Part shown: positions 29,364 to 39,070 of the stretch, piece by piece
Numbering within the stretch: position 1 is the first letter of the stretch
How the letters are laid out: each line of letters opens with the position of its first letter
DNA from: a virus
Lineage: Duplodnaviria; Caudoviricetes
Strand: one strand, 5' to 3'
Virus record (IMG/VR): IMGVR_UViG_3300046318_000318
Length of the DNA stretch: 64,000 nt
Made by a program: the position numbers and the translations under genes
The notes under the pieces: generated by a model
The model's database searches: none
What the model was told of the DNA's origin: nothing
What the model saw: only the letters and a program-made list of their open reading frames with translations

Positions 29364-29852
29364 TTATTTACTCAGGAGTTGTTTCAACTCCGTGATGTCT
29401 TTGGCAATACCGCCAGATCCATCCCAGGAATCACCTAGGAGCTGGATCATCGACGACAACCCAACCGCCCCTGTGGGAATTCCCAACAGGGTCAGTAGAT
29501 TGTTTTGGGTAGTCTTGACAAAGACCCCCTCATTACCACTCTTGTAGCGCTCATGGACACATACGTGCCCGTATTCGCTACCTTGGACAATCAAGAGCCG
29601 ATTAGTCTCCCAATCATAGGAGACGTACATGTCTCCGTCATTAATCTTCTCATACAGGACACCATCATAGTATCCCGTACCATTTGCCCACTCTTGGCGA
29701 TAAACCAGGATTTTGTTTTCTTTAACAAGTCTTTGACAGTGTCGGTAAAACACTGTCCCTGCTTCTGTCGTCGGAATGCGACCATTATTGTACAGGGTTT
29801 CATTGCCCTCACCCCAAAAGGTGAAAACGAATTTTTCGAATGTCTGTGCCAT
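29364..29852 (-). CDS. Cassette 3 cargo: hypothetical protein
   Basis: 162 aa, GC-richer, AAGGAG SD. Confidence 0.75.
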   Translation of the reverse strand: MAQTFEKFVFTFWGEGNETLYNNGRIPTTEAGTVFYRHCQRLVKENKILVYRQEWANGTGYYDGVLYEKINDGDMYVSYDWETNRLLIVQGSEYGHVCVHERYKSGNEGVFVKTTQNNLLTLLGIPTGAVGLSSMIQLLGDSWDGSGGIAKDITELKQLLSK

Positions 29853-29946
29853 GAGTATCTCCTTAACTGATAGTGTCGCAGAAAGAACGACTTAAACCAC
29901 AGCGATAGCTCAAGTTAAGTGTACGTGATTGAAATATTTTCTAAGG
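29853..29946 (-). promoter_or_regulatory. Cassette 3 putative early promoter + structured leader + SD
   Basis: CTTAGAAAATATTTCAATCACGTACACTTAACTTGA-GCTATC-GCTGTGG-TTTAA-GTCGT..GCGAC-A-CTATCAGT-TAAGGAG. Confidence 0.85.
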
Positions 29947-29980
29947 CGAGAAAAAGAAAAACACCGAGGTGTTTTTCTTT

Positions 29981-30238
29981 TTAACCTTTTATTATCTTAT
30001 TGTGTATCTTTTCCAAGACCAATAAAAAGATAATCAAAGCTATAAAACCTCTTAACACAAAAGCTGGAAAAGCCAACCAAGGATGTAACCCTTCCATGAA
30101 AACACTTATACCTTCAGTTACGCTAAAGATAAAGATAGCTGTGACTATAGATACAAAAGCTGTCAGGCTTAATAACAAACCATAAGCACTTACAGCTATA
30201 GCCAGAAGAAGCACAACCAGCATGAGAAGATAACCCAT
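29981..30238 (-). CDS. Small integral membrane protein
   Basis: 85 aa, almost entirely hydrophobic. Confidence 0.55.
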   Translation of the reverse strand: MGYLLMLVVLLLAIAVSAYGLLLSLTAFVSIVTAIFIFSVTEGISVFMEGLHPWLAFPAFVLRGFIALIIFLLVLEKIHNKIIKG

Positions 30239-30298
30239 TTGTTCCTTTCGGTTAAAAAAGATTACCCTGGCTTATGCCAGGGTAATCTGATTCTTCAC

Positions 30299-32161
30299 TT
30301 ACACATCTTTACGGATGAGATAGCCACGACCGATGATGTTCTCGTATACACGATACACCACACCATCCTGAGTGATAATCAAATCATGGATACTGGTGTG
30401 CTGGCCTTGTTTCTTGTGAAGCACCAAAGAGTCTATGATCTTAGCAAGGATCGGAGTCTTACCGTGGTTCACAGAGCACAGCTGACCATCAAACTTGTAA
30501 CCAAGCTCACGGTCTGTCATAGGCAGGTAAGTCAGAGTGTAGTTCTCCGACAAAGAGATGCATCCGATCAGCTCACTGATGTCCAGGAGATTGCGAACTT
30601 CGTTGTCGATTTCATCACCCTCAGTTCGGAAGAACATGTTGATAACGTCATGACCGAAGTTACTCAAACCCAGATTACCCATCTGACCACAGTTCTCATG
30701 GACATACGAAACCAAAGCTTCGTAGTCCTCAGTGAAACTGTCGATGGTCACATCTTTGAGTTGTAGGTTGTTAGCCAGAAACTCATTGATCAGATTGGTG
30801 ATCCGGCGATCCACAGTCACCATCACAGAGATCTTGTCGTCCTGAGAACCTTCCACACCCCATTCATCACTGGCTTGCTTGAAAGCTGCGGACAAAGATT
30901 TCATAGTAAGAGCGAGTTGCTCAAAGTTAGAAGCTTTAGCCAACATCTTCTTGTATTCAGTCATATCGTCTTTGGACAATATGGCGTTAGTAGCGATACC
31001 AAAGCACCTGAATACTTTACCACCAGCTGTGATACATTTGGATTTACCAGCTAAGATGACTGAATCCTCACTGATCTCCAAGATCATGTTGTTACCATCA
31101 ACAACAGTGATATCAGCTTCATCAATCGCAGAGGCTTGTTTAAGAACCTCTACTTGCTGATTGAAGTTGTTGTTGCGTACCACAGAGTCCATAGGGTAAG
31201 CTTTACCCATGAACGTGATGGTGTGTTTGGATCGATCCATCTCATCTCCGTTGACATACACCACGTCTTTCAGACCTTGTGGTTCTGGTTTGCTGGCTGG
31301 TTTTTGGGCTTGTGGTTTTTCGTCTACCACATAACTCTTCTGTTGAACAGATACGTTACCGTATCGCTCGACGTTACCAGCGATGTTGGCAGCAGCAGGA
31401 TTTTGCATCATACCTGGATTACCCTGATGCATGAACCCACCCACAGGACCCTGCTGCATAGGTTGCTGCATAGGCATCTGTTGCGGGAACTGCTGAGGCA
31501 TCTGTTGCGGGTAGCTATGCATAGGTTGCTGCATAGGCATCTGCTGAGGATAGCTATGCTGCATAGGCATTTGGAGCGGGCGTCCAAACTGATCTACAGG
31601 CTGACCCTGTTGATTATAGAAAATCTGTTGGTTTTGTTGGTTTTGCATGGGTTGTGACAATTGCTGTTGATACATTCTGTTTTGCAGATCCTGCAACTCC
31701 AATTTTAAGTTGTTGAAAAAGGCGGCGTTTTGCGCTGATGCGTCTACTACCCGTGAGTCTGAAGCATCATGCACTGCGTCCACTGTAAGTACTAACATAC
31801 TCGTATAGAGAGTCAAATACTTTTGAACGCAGTCTTTCATAGCCATGTCTGTAGAGGTATGATTTCTCTTCTCCACTTCTAAAGCCATGAATAATAATGT
31901 TTGGGTCAAAACTTCTTGAAACTGTGGGTTGTTCCAATTGTTCATAACCAAACTGTTGTAACAATACATCCTGGCTCGGCTGTTGTTGGCTCTCATAGAA
32001 GCCTCATTAGCCATTGCAGCAGCTGTCTTGTGGACAAGATGCTGACAACCAGGTGGTGATGTCACTTGTACTGATAACGGGAAATTGTACTCCTCATACA
32101 TAATCAGCGGTAGTATGGGAGCATCTGTAGGTAACATTTGAACTCCTTGTGATTTACTCAA
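30299..32161 (-). CDS. Conserved chimallivirus protein with central Q/P/M-rich low-complexity region
   Basis: 620 aa, directly downstream of the nvRNAP subunit; QQMPMQQP repeats. Confidence 0.7.
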   Translation of the reverse strand: MSKSQGVQMLPTDAPILPLIMYEEYNFPLSVQVTSPPGCQHLVHKTAAAMANEASMRANNSRARMYCYNSLVMNNWNNPQFQEVLTQTLLFMALEVEKRNHTSTDMAMKDCVQKYLTLYTSMLVLTVDAVHDASDSRVVDASAQNAAFFNNLKLELQDLQNRMYQQQLSQPMQNQQNQQIFYNQQGQPVDQFGRPLQMPMQHSYPQQMPMQQPMHSYPQQMPQQFPQQMPMQQPMQQGPVGGFMHQGNPGMMQNPAAANIAGNVERYGNVSVQQKSYVVDEKPQAQKPASKPEPQGLKDVVYVNGDEMDRSKHTITFMGKAYPMDSVVRNNNFNQQVEVLKQASAIDEADITVVDGNNMILEISEDSVILAGKSKCITAGGKVFRCFGIATNAILSKDDMTEYKKMLAKASNFEQLALTMKSLSAAFKQASDEWGVEGSQDDKISVMVTVDRRITNLINEFLANNLQLKDVTIDSFTEDYEALVSYVHENCGQMGNLGLSNFGHDVINMFFRTEGDEIDNEVRNLLDISELIGCISLSENYTLTYLPMTDRELGYKFDGQLCSVNHGKTPILAKIIDSLVLHKKQGQHTSIHDLIITQDGVVYRVYENIIGRGYLIRKDV

Positions 32162-32180
32162 CTAAAGTAAATGTTACCAA

Positions 32181-33818
32181 TTATTTTTCCAGGACCCTGT
32201 TTGGAAGATAGAACATCTTCAAGGCTTTCTCTGTCTCAGAAAGAATATGCTCAAGCTCAGGGTTCTGAATGAAGTTTCCTGTGTTGATATCTATCTTTGC
32301 ATATGGATTCAAGCGGTTAGTCGGTGACGGATTGCTTTTACCCAGAAAGAGAATACTTCCTGTACTGATCATACTGACATCCAAATGGTTGGCTTCAGAA
32401 ATCACAGTTCTACCTTTACTCTCACGAGATCCATTACCTGTCGCTTCTTGCATGGCTGCTTTAGATGTGATCTTCAGGTACTTGTGGTCACCTGAGTACG
32501 ACACTGCTTCAGCCACGATCCTTGACGATGCCAGTTTATAGATAGGTCCCGGATTGATCATTTTAGCCATGGTGGTGCGAACGTCCTGAAACAACAGACG
32601 ATTCCTCTTTTGAAGGATCTTGTTGATTTCAAACATGCATTTAATCATGCTTGAGGTAATGTCGTACAGCATGTAGTACATGACATCCAGGTTCTTTAGC
32701 CACATGTTGAGGTTACTGTTGGTATCCTCAAGCACCATCTGGTTAAAGCTCTTAACAATCACAGCCAACAGATCGTAATATGTGTCTACACAGATATCTC
32801 TATCAGCCAACTTCTCAATAGCGATAGAGTCCATGCAATCATCCAGAGATATCAAGTGATCCTTGATATCCATGATCAGTTTACTATGAGAATGATTACC
32901 CGAAAAGATAATGCTACCCAAAGTCATCATCCACTGTTCTCTGGTCTCCAGAAATGGAAGAGTCATCTGCAATGGGAAATGATCCACCACGTAAAAGAAA
33001 CCAGCACAGAACTCACGAATGTTGTCATTCCAAAGGTGTCTTGGAATAGCCAGTCGAATCTCAGTCGGTTTATAAAACTTATCCTTACTGGTCTTTGGCT
33101 GAATCTTGGTAGACTCAACAATCACCCAATCACTCTCAGGAAAAGTCTCTGCATTAATCTCAGACCCACCAGTTTTAGGTATACAGCCTGTATACCTTCT
33201 AAAGGTTTCTGAGAACCCATATTTAGCCAACAAGTAATGAATGTTGCAAGTGTTGGCTTTTGTAGTGGGTGGTAACTTTTTGGTGTTACTGTTTCTCCTA
33301 TACAGACTGGCCCAGATGACGTGTGTCGTGATACGGACACTATCCACGGTGATGGAATGGTAACACCGATAAAAACTGTTGCGATCACGAAGAACACGCA
33401 CAAACACACTGGACTGCCCAGGAGATATCACCTTGTCAGATATCACTGGAGTGACATGGTACATCGTACCGGACAAATGAAAAGTACCTGCTTCACCTAT
33501 AATAGGCAAAGACAGATACCGATCAGGTAAACGCTCGCCTTCAAACTCAAACATGAACTTTACCAGGTAAAGATCAGATTGAGAAATGTCAGCGGTGCGT
33601 TTGTTATTCTTTACCCGAGTGTATTCAGTATACTCCTCAAGAGGCGTGCACCTTTTACAACCCAGATAACGAAGTCCGGGGGGGTAACCTTTCAGATTCA
33701 TGAAGACCTTATGCAAGTAGTCCTCAGGTCTCTGCATCACTGCTTGACCAACACCGTTCATGATCAAGGGATTTACCGGTGGTGTGTTCTGCACCAGAAA
33801 ATCGTGAAATTGCCCCAT
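32181..33818 (-). CDS. Non-virion RNA polymerase beta subunit, N-terminal part (phiKZ gp123-like)
   Basis: 545 aa, GLRYLGCKRCTPLEEY and YLSLP..G.AG.F.LSG..Y motifs; synteny near MCP. Confidence 0.75.
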   Translation of the reverse strand: MGQFHDFLVQNTPPVNPLIMNGVGQAVMQRPEDYLHKVFMNLKGYPPGLRYLGCKRCTPLEEYTEYTRVKNNKRTADISQSDLYLVKFMFEFEGERLPDRYLSLPIIGEAGTFHLSGTMYHVTPVISDKVISPGQSSVFVRVLRDRNSFYRCYHSITVDSVRITTHVIWASLYRRNSNTKKLPPTTKANTCNIHYLLAKYGFSETFRRYTGCIPKTGGSEINAETFPESDWVIVESTKIQPKTSKDKFYKPTEIRLAIPRHLWNDNIREFCAGFFYVVDHFPLQMTLPFLETREQWMMTLGSIIFSGNHSHSKLIMDIKDHLISLDDCMDSIAIEKLADRDICVDTYYDLLAVIVKSFNQMVLEDTNSNLNMWLKNLDVMYYMLYDITSSMIKCMFEINKILQKRNRLLFQDVRTTMAKMINPGPIYKLASSRIVAEAVSYSGDHKYLKITSKAAMQEATGNGSRESKGRTVISEANHLDVSMISTGSILFLGKSNPSPTNRLNPYAKIDINTGNFIQNPELEHILSETEKALKMFYLPNRVLEK

Positions 33819-33836
33819 GTTACATTCCTTTGTTGG

Positions 33837-35063
33837 TTAAGAAAACTTACGCATAGCTGCCCATACACCCAGTCCAGTTACCAAGCCAGCTCCCGCCATC
33901 TTGAGATACTCACTGCTGTCCTTACGTTCAGCTGACCTACTGTCATAATAATCATCTCTGACTCTAGATTTTTGCTTAATATTATCTTCCAAAACCACAG
34001 TCTCGGTATTGAGTTTGTCTTTCAACATCTCATACTCCATTTTAGCCATCTTGGCTTTTGTCTCAAGCTCAGCGACTATCTTCTTGGTTTCAAGAAGAGT
34101 TTGTTCAAATGTGAAGCGTGTTTCGTTGAGTTCTGCTGTTTTCATTTCATTGGCTGCGCGCATAGATTCAGTTTCTTTTTTGGCCTGCTCAAGCAGAATG
34201 CTATTGCTTGCTTTTGAAGCCTCTAACTCATTTTGCATAATCAGAAGTTTCTGTTTGCTGAGTTGTTCAGCTTGGTCGTCAGACAAAGCTTGCTCAGCAG
34301 TTGGGTAAAGACCCAGTTTATCCTGAGCCTCATCCAAGCCCAGTATGCTAGGTATGGTGGTCATGCTACCATCTTTGGACTTCAGTTCTGTGTAATAGAC
34401 CCCGTTAGACCTGGATGGATCTTTAATAGGTTCAACCTCAATAAGAGACTTACCCATTTTTATGAACCTTTTACCATACCGGTTATCGTTGTCTACCACC
34501 TGTATGGTAGCGCCGCTGTAGATGTTTTCAAGACCCATGTCTTTAAACTGTCTAACGGTCCTACCTTCAGCACTGTAGGGATGGTGTATGTTAGCATGAT
34601 AATCTTTACTCATGAGTAACAGATCCACACATGGCGCGTAACAAACTTTCAGCTTCGAGAGATTAGAAATAGGATAACGACTATCCACCACAATCTCACA
34701 ACTGAAGATAGACCTGTTAGTGTCAAATGCTTCAGTCAGAACCAGACGGATGGTTTCCAGTTCCTCATTACCAGAACCATTCAACTTCTGATACTCAGTC
34801 AGCATGTTGATTACCTCAACGATAACCGCATTGTTCTGGAACTTGTAGATTGATCTGACGATAAACTCTTTGGAATGCACGACGCCATTAACAGCACGTC
34901 GAACAAACACAGGGAGATTATTCCTATTAACAACCACAACGTCTTCAGTTGTGTCGTTGATGAAGAACATTGTCTTGCGGAAAGGGCTGTGAAGCTCTTT
35001 CGTATTCTGTTCGTTTACCACCTTGGTTTCAGAACCGATATTTTGTACTTGGCTTGCCAGCAT
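33837..35063 (-). CDS. Conserved hypothetical protein (phiKZ gp122-like) with coiled coil and C-terminal hydrophobic tail
   Basis: 408 aa, first gene of the operon with the nvRNAP subunit. Confidence 0.65.
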   Translation of the reverse strand: MLASQVQNIGSETKVVNEQNTKELHSPFRKTMFFINDTTEDVVVVNRNNLPVFVRRAVNGVVHSKEFIVRSIYKFQNNAVIVEVINMLTEYQKLNGSGNEELETIRLVLTEAFDTNRSIFSCEIVVDSRYPISNLSKLKVCYAPCVDLLLMSKDYHANIHHPYSAEGRTVRQFKDMGLENIYSGATIQVVDNDNRYGKRFIKMGKSLIEVEPIKDPSRSNGVYYTELKSKDGSMTTIPSILGLDEAQDKLGLYPTAEQALSDDQAEQLSKQKLLIMQNELEASKASNSILLEQAKKETESMRAANEMKTAELNETRFTFEQTLLETKKIVAELETKAKMAKMEYEMLKDKLNTETVVLEDNIKQKSRVRDDYYDSRSAERKDSSEYLKMAGAGLVTGLGVWAAMRKFS

Positions 35064-35135
35064 AAGTTCCTCTTTTTAAAAGTTGATTAAGCTCTTTGAG
35101 ACAGAGCGGTCAATTAAAGTATGTGTGACTAACGA
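35064..35135 (-). promoter_or_regulatory. Variant early-promoter-like motif upstream of the nvRNAP operon
   Basis: GTCACACATACTT resembles cassette core (A/G)TCACATATACTT, followed by hairpin GCTCT-GTCTCAA-AGAGC and SD AAGAGG. Confidence 0.5.
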
Positions 35136-35151
35136 TAGATACAAACAGAAC

Positions 35152-35196
35152 AAAAAAAAAATAACACCCCCGGCCTGTAAGGGCTAGGGGTGTTAA
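35152..35196 (-). terminator. Cassette terminator T4
   Basis: ataacacccccggcctgtaagggctaggggtgtta; one substitution from T2/T6. Confidence 0.85.
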
Positions 35197-35197
35197 T

Positions 35198-35223
35198 TTA
35201 CGCCTCGATCACGCTCCAGCCAT
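35198..35223 (-). pseudogene. Collapsed cargo of cassette 4 (reads MAGA-stop)
   Basis: AAGGAGATAATC-ATG GCT GGA GCG TGA TCGAGGCG TAA, then terminator immediately. Confidence 0.65.
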
Positions 35224-35316
35224 GATTATCTCCTTAACTGATAGTGTCGTAGAAAGAACGACTTAAACTACAGCGATAGCTCAAATAGAATATATGTGAT
35301 TGAAATTATTTACAAG
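35224..35316 (-). promoter_or_regulatory. Cassette 4 putative early promoter + structured leader + SD
   Basis: CTTGTAAATAATTTCAATCACATATATTC...GCTGTAG-TTTAA-GTCGT-TCTTTCT-ACGAC-A-CTATCAGT-TAAGGAG; near-identical leader to cassette 3. Confidence 0.85.
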
Positions 35317-35371
35317 AACTTATTTAGAAAAAAGATACACACAGCCTCATGGCTGTGTGTATTTTAATCTA

Positions 35372-36478
35372 TCAGAAGTCAAACTCCATAGCCCCAGCTG
35401 GAACATCATGAGTATTCATACCCAGTAGATACCCACCTAAACGTTCTTCCTGAGCAGCACCTTGAATACCATCAATAGTAATCCAATCAGCTGTAAAGGC
35501 CAAAGGTAGTTTCTTAGGAATATCAAACTCAGGTTGGATGCCAAAGAAACTGTAAACTTCACCTGCGTAATAACAGACTTGTTGGCAAAGTTTCTCAGCT
35601 GTCAGACCAGATACTTCTCTTCCATTACGGAACAGAGTCTTATTAACCCAATCCAGTTCTGTCTGTATCACAGCTTTGATCATCTCAGCTATCTGTGTGC
35701 GACACTGATTAAAAGCCATCAGACCTTTAGAAGTACGCATCATGGCATCAAGGATGATCATATCACCTTTAGAGTGAATATGATATTCATCCTGACAGAT
35801 TTTCTGCACAGCTTTGGCAAATGGAATATATCTACCTGCTTCACCGTACGAGAAAGTCACTGTAAAGCTTGCCATGAACTGGATACGTTCCAGACACAAA
35901 AGAGCAGCTACATACATAAAGACCACGTTGTAGACTTCCTGACTGTTTCTATCCAGTTGGTTAAGAGCCAGTTTATGAGAGACCTCATAAGCTTTTTCAA
36001 GAACTGCGTTGATAACAGACATTCTTTCAAACGAAGGCTTTAGGGCCAGGATATCTCTCATGACCTTATCAGGATCATCAAAAGCATTCTTGACCATCTC
36101 GCTGTATGTCAAAGCATGCACTTGCTCATTGTCACCCACACGCTGCCAATATGACCACAGAGTCGTATCGCTGGTAAAGTTAGCTCCAATACCGGAGATA
36201 CCCTTACTCACCACACTGTCAGCTTCCCATTGCCAAGCAATAGTATCCAACATGATCTCGTAATCTGTGCGAGGGCAAGTCTTAAACTCTAACAAGCAAG
36301 ATTGGAAATCGAATTCCATCTCATCCCAGTCCTGAGCTTTGAGTTTCTTATACAGATCTCTCAGCTCAGGTAACTGTACATTGATAGAGTCTGTCAATCC
36401 AGCATCTTCACCAAGTACAAGCTCAGTGCCGATATAGTCTTTCTTTTCATTGTTGAAAATCTTACTAGAATAACTCAT
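35372..36478 (-). CDS. nrdB: Class Ia ribonucleotide reductase beta subunit
   Basis: WEADS, DNEQVHALTY (E-x2-H-x3-Y), LERIQF, QDEYHIH; likely start MSYSS at 36478. Confidence 0.9.
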   Translation of the reverse strand: MSYSSKIFNNEKKDYIGTELVLGEDAGLTDSINVQLPELRDLYKKLKAQDWDEMEFDFQSCLLEFKTCPRTDYEIMLDTIAWQWEADSVVSKGISGIGANFTSDTTLWSYWQRVGDNEQVHALTYSEMVKNAFDDPDKVMRDILALKPSFERMSVINAVLEKAYEVSHKLALNQLDRNSQEVYNVVFMYVAALLCLERIQFMASFTVTFSYGEAGRYIPFAKAVQKICQDEYHIHSKGDMIILDAMMRTSKGLMAFNQCRTQIAEMIKAVIQTELDWVNKTLFRNGREVSGLTAEKLCQQVCYYAGEVYSFFGIQPEFDIPKKLPLAFTADWITIDGIQGAAQEERLGGYLLGMNTHDVPAGAMEFDF

Positions 36479-36489
36479 ACTCACCTTTT

Positions 36490-38934
36490 TTAAAGTTTGC
36501 AACTATCGCCGCAGTTCTCTTCCACAGCCATCTCTTGAACTTCCCCGGAACCATCTTTGCTGTTGGTGAGTGTGTTACTGTAATACTTAGACTTAACCCC
36601 ATACTTAATCATGGTAAAGTATTCAGTCAGAATCTGTTTATCACTGAGCATCACATTCTTAGATCTGTCTTTATAGGTATCCACGCTGATAGACTGATCA
36701 GTGAACTTTTGCATAACAGCATAAGCTTTGATCATATCCACACCAGGGATATCATAACCGATCTCGTACTTATCACCCAACAGATCGCTGTCAGTAGCTA
36801 CCCAATCCACTGTGTTGTTCTCATCAGACTTCTTCAAAGACAAAGCGCGGATAGGATAAGGACCGTTAGGCACACCTGAAGCTTTAGATGAGGATTCAGT
36901 AGGCATCAGGTTTATCAGACAGCTAAAACGAATACCGCCGTTTTTCACTATATCTGAACGAAGAGCTTCCCAATCATACTGAAGATCCACGGTAATCAAC
37001 TCATCTACAGCTTTCTTATAGCTATCAATAGGCAACCATCCATTAGCCCATTTTGTTTTATGGATCCAAGGAGCATTACCTTTTTCAATACCTAATTCAA
37101 GAGCTGCTCTAATGACAAAGTAAGCATGGCGTTCAGAGATACGATGAATCTCATTACGACCTTCAAGTGTACTATACTTAAGACCTTTACGAGCAAGTAG
37201 TGTAGCCAGACCAATGTGACCGACACCAGCATTCAAACGACTCTTAGCAGTGAATCCAATATGCGGCAAAGCATAAGTAGACAGATGAATACATCTATCA
37301 ATCATTCTCAGAGCTAGTTTACAGGTTTTATGGTATTGTTCGTCTGTATGAATGTTAGGAAGAACAACAGCACCAAGTGAACACAATGCTACCTCTCCTG
37401 GAATTTCTTTACTAACTATATCACCCACCACATAGTTCTTATAGGTGTTGCTATTAGGCACTGAGAAGAACTCACCTTTTGTCAAACTACCTGCATAAGT
37501 CCTACCTCTACCAGTCACAGACACTTCAAGATTGTAAGGAAGCTTAACTATGTTACCGTTGGTCTGTGAGAATGAAATATGACCGTAATCACCAGTTCTG
37601 TACAGGTCTTGCACCGAGTTATAACCAGCTGTCGATTCGCAAACTTCCAAGCAGAGATTTGAGCTATGGATGGGTTCTTGAAAAGGAGTATGGCGATTAG
37701 CTTCTTCAATGTTGAAGTGATACAGAGTAGACACCTCTTCAAACTGTGTCAGCATAGTCAAACACAGATCACGAGCACTCACGTACTCTTTAACAAAGTT
37801 ATCATCCTCTTCATACTTCTTATACAAAGCCTCAAACTTCTGAATATCACCGCTGAACATAGCTGCGTGAAGATCAGGAGCTGTATAACAATTAAAACAA
37901 AACATTTGTTCATCGTCTCTTGCTTTTCTAGCAAAGAAACTATTAGTCATCACCGCAAAGTGTACATCACGATTGCGTTTGGCTTCAGGAGTCCTTGGGT
38001 TCTGAAGCATGATGAGATCTTTGGCTTCTTTTTCAAAGATGTCAAAGTAAAACGTAGCAGCCCCAGCACGACCTGCTTGCACACCTTTAATAGTGTTCTT
38101 AGCTGTAGTAGCGAAGTAAGGACGCTTGCCACCATGAGGGAACCTACCACCGCGTACAGGATCACCGATAGATCTCAGATTATGATGAGTACCAATGCCA
38201 GCAGAAGCAGCTGTCATCTTAGAAGCGATCATGTCACCACAATCGATAGACTCGTTGTTATCGGACACCTCGACGAGGCAACAACTGGCGTAGCCATTTA
38301 GAGGACTGCCTAAGTTCACATAGTTGGGTGTAGGCGCATTAAGACGATTCAGGCTAAACTCATCGTAGTATTCTTGCACCAACTTAAGCTTCTCTTGACT
38401 GTCTTCGATATCATCAGACAAGCGCATAGCCATACGCATGAACGTATATTGAGGAGTCTCATACCTGATACCAGATACCAGATTAGAAATGCTGTACTTG
38501 TGATGGATTTGTTTGATCTGGCTGTGTGCGTAGTTAAAGTCACGCTTATGGTCTATGATACTTTCAATCGCTTCAAACTCAGCATCTGTATAACCCATGT
38601 CAATCACCAATCCGGTCTTAATAAGATCTTCATTGATCTTCTTAACCGAAGGCATCTCATCACCATAGAGAGCTTTATGTAACCAAGCAGCATACAATCG
38701 ACCAGCCATCACGTTATGCGGCCAATCTTTCTTATACAAACAAGCGTTGATCAACTCTTTCTGAAGACTCTGGCTGTTTTCAATCTCTTTACAGTTACTC
38801 AGAGCATCAAGCACCACACCTGACCAATCCACGCGATCGCCTAAACTGTCAGTAGCCCATATAGCCCATTTGTTGAGTTTAGAGGGTGTATATTCTTCTT
38901 TAGTTCCATCTCGCTTGATGATATACTTGATCAT
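36490..38934 (-). CDS. nrdA: Class Ia ribonucleotide reductase alpha subunit
   Basis: N-terminal ATP cone (IIKRDG), ASCCL, SSNLCLE, MPTESSS, C-terminal CGDSC. Confidence 0.92.
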   Translation of the reverse strand: MIKYIIKRDGTKEEYTPSKLNKWAIWATDSLGDRVDWSGVVLDALSNCKEIENSQSLQKELINACLYKKDWPHNVMAGRLYAAWLHKALYGDEMPSVKKINEDLIKTGLVIDMGYTDAEFEAIESIIDHKRDFNYAHSQIKQIHHKYSISNLVSGIRYETPQYTFMRMAMRLSDDIEDSQEKLKLVQEYYDEFSLNRLNAPTPNYVNLGSPLNGYASCCLVEVSDNNESIDCGDMIASKMTAASAGIGTHHNLRSIGDPVRGGRFPHGGKRPYFATTAKNTIKGVQAGRAGAATFYFDIFEKEAKDLIMLQNPRTPEAKRNRDVHFAVMTNSFFARKARDDEQMFCFNCYTAPDLHAAMFSGDIQKFEALYKKYEEDDNFVKEYVSARDLCLTMLTQFEEVSTLYHFNIEEANRHTPFQEPIHSSNLCLEVCESTAGYNSVQDLYRTGDYGHISFSQTNGNIVKLPYNLEVSVTGRGRTYAGSLTKGEFFSVPNSNTYKNYVVGDIVSKEIPGEVALCSLGAVVLPNIHTDEQYHKTCKLALRMIDRCIHLSTYALPHIGFTAKSRLNAGVGHIGLATLLARKGLKYSTLEGRNEIHRISERHAYFVIRAALELGIEKGNAPWIHKTKWANGWLPIDSYKKAVDELITVDLQYDWEALRSDIVKNGGIRFSCLINLMPTESSSKASGVPNGPYPIRALSLKKSDENNTVDWVATDSDLLGDKYEIGYDIPGVDMIKAYAVMQKFTDQSISVDTYKDRSKNVMLSDKQILTEYFTMIKYGVKSKYYSNTLTNSKDGSGEVQEMAVEENCGDSCKL

Positions 38935-39070
38935 GAATGACTTCCTTATTAGGGTTAAATCTGTTAGTTTTCTCTAAGTATTTTGTACTGAGCCAAACTA
39001 TAAGTCTGCTAGTTATTTAGATATTCGAGGCAAAAAAAAAAGATACCAGGGATGTCCCTGGTATCCTTAA

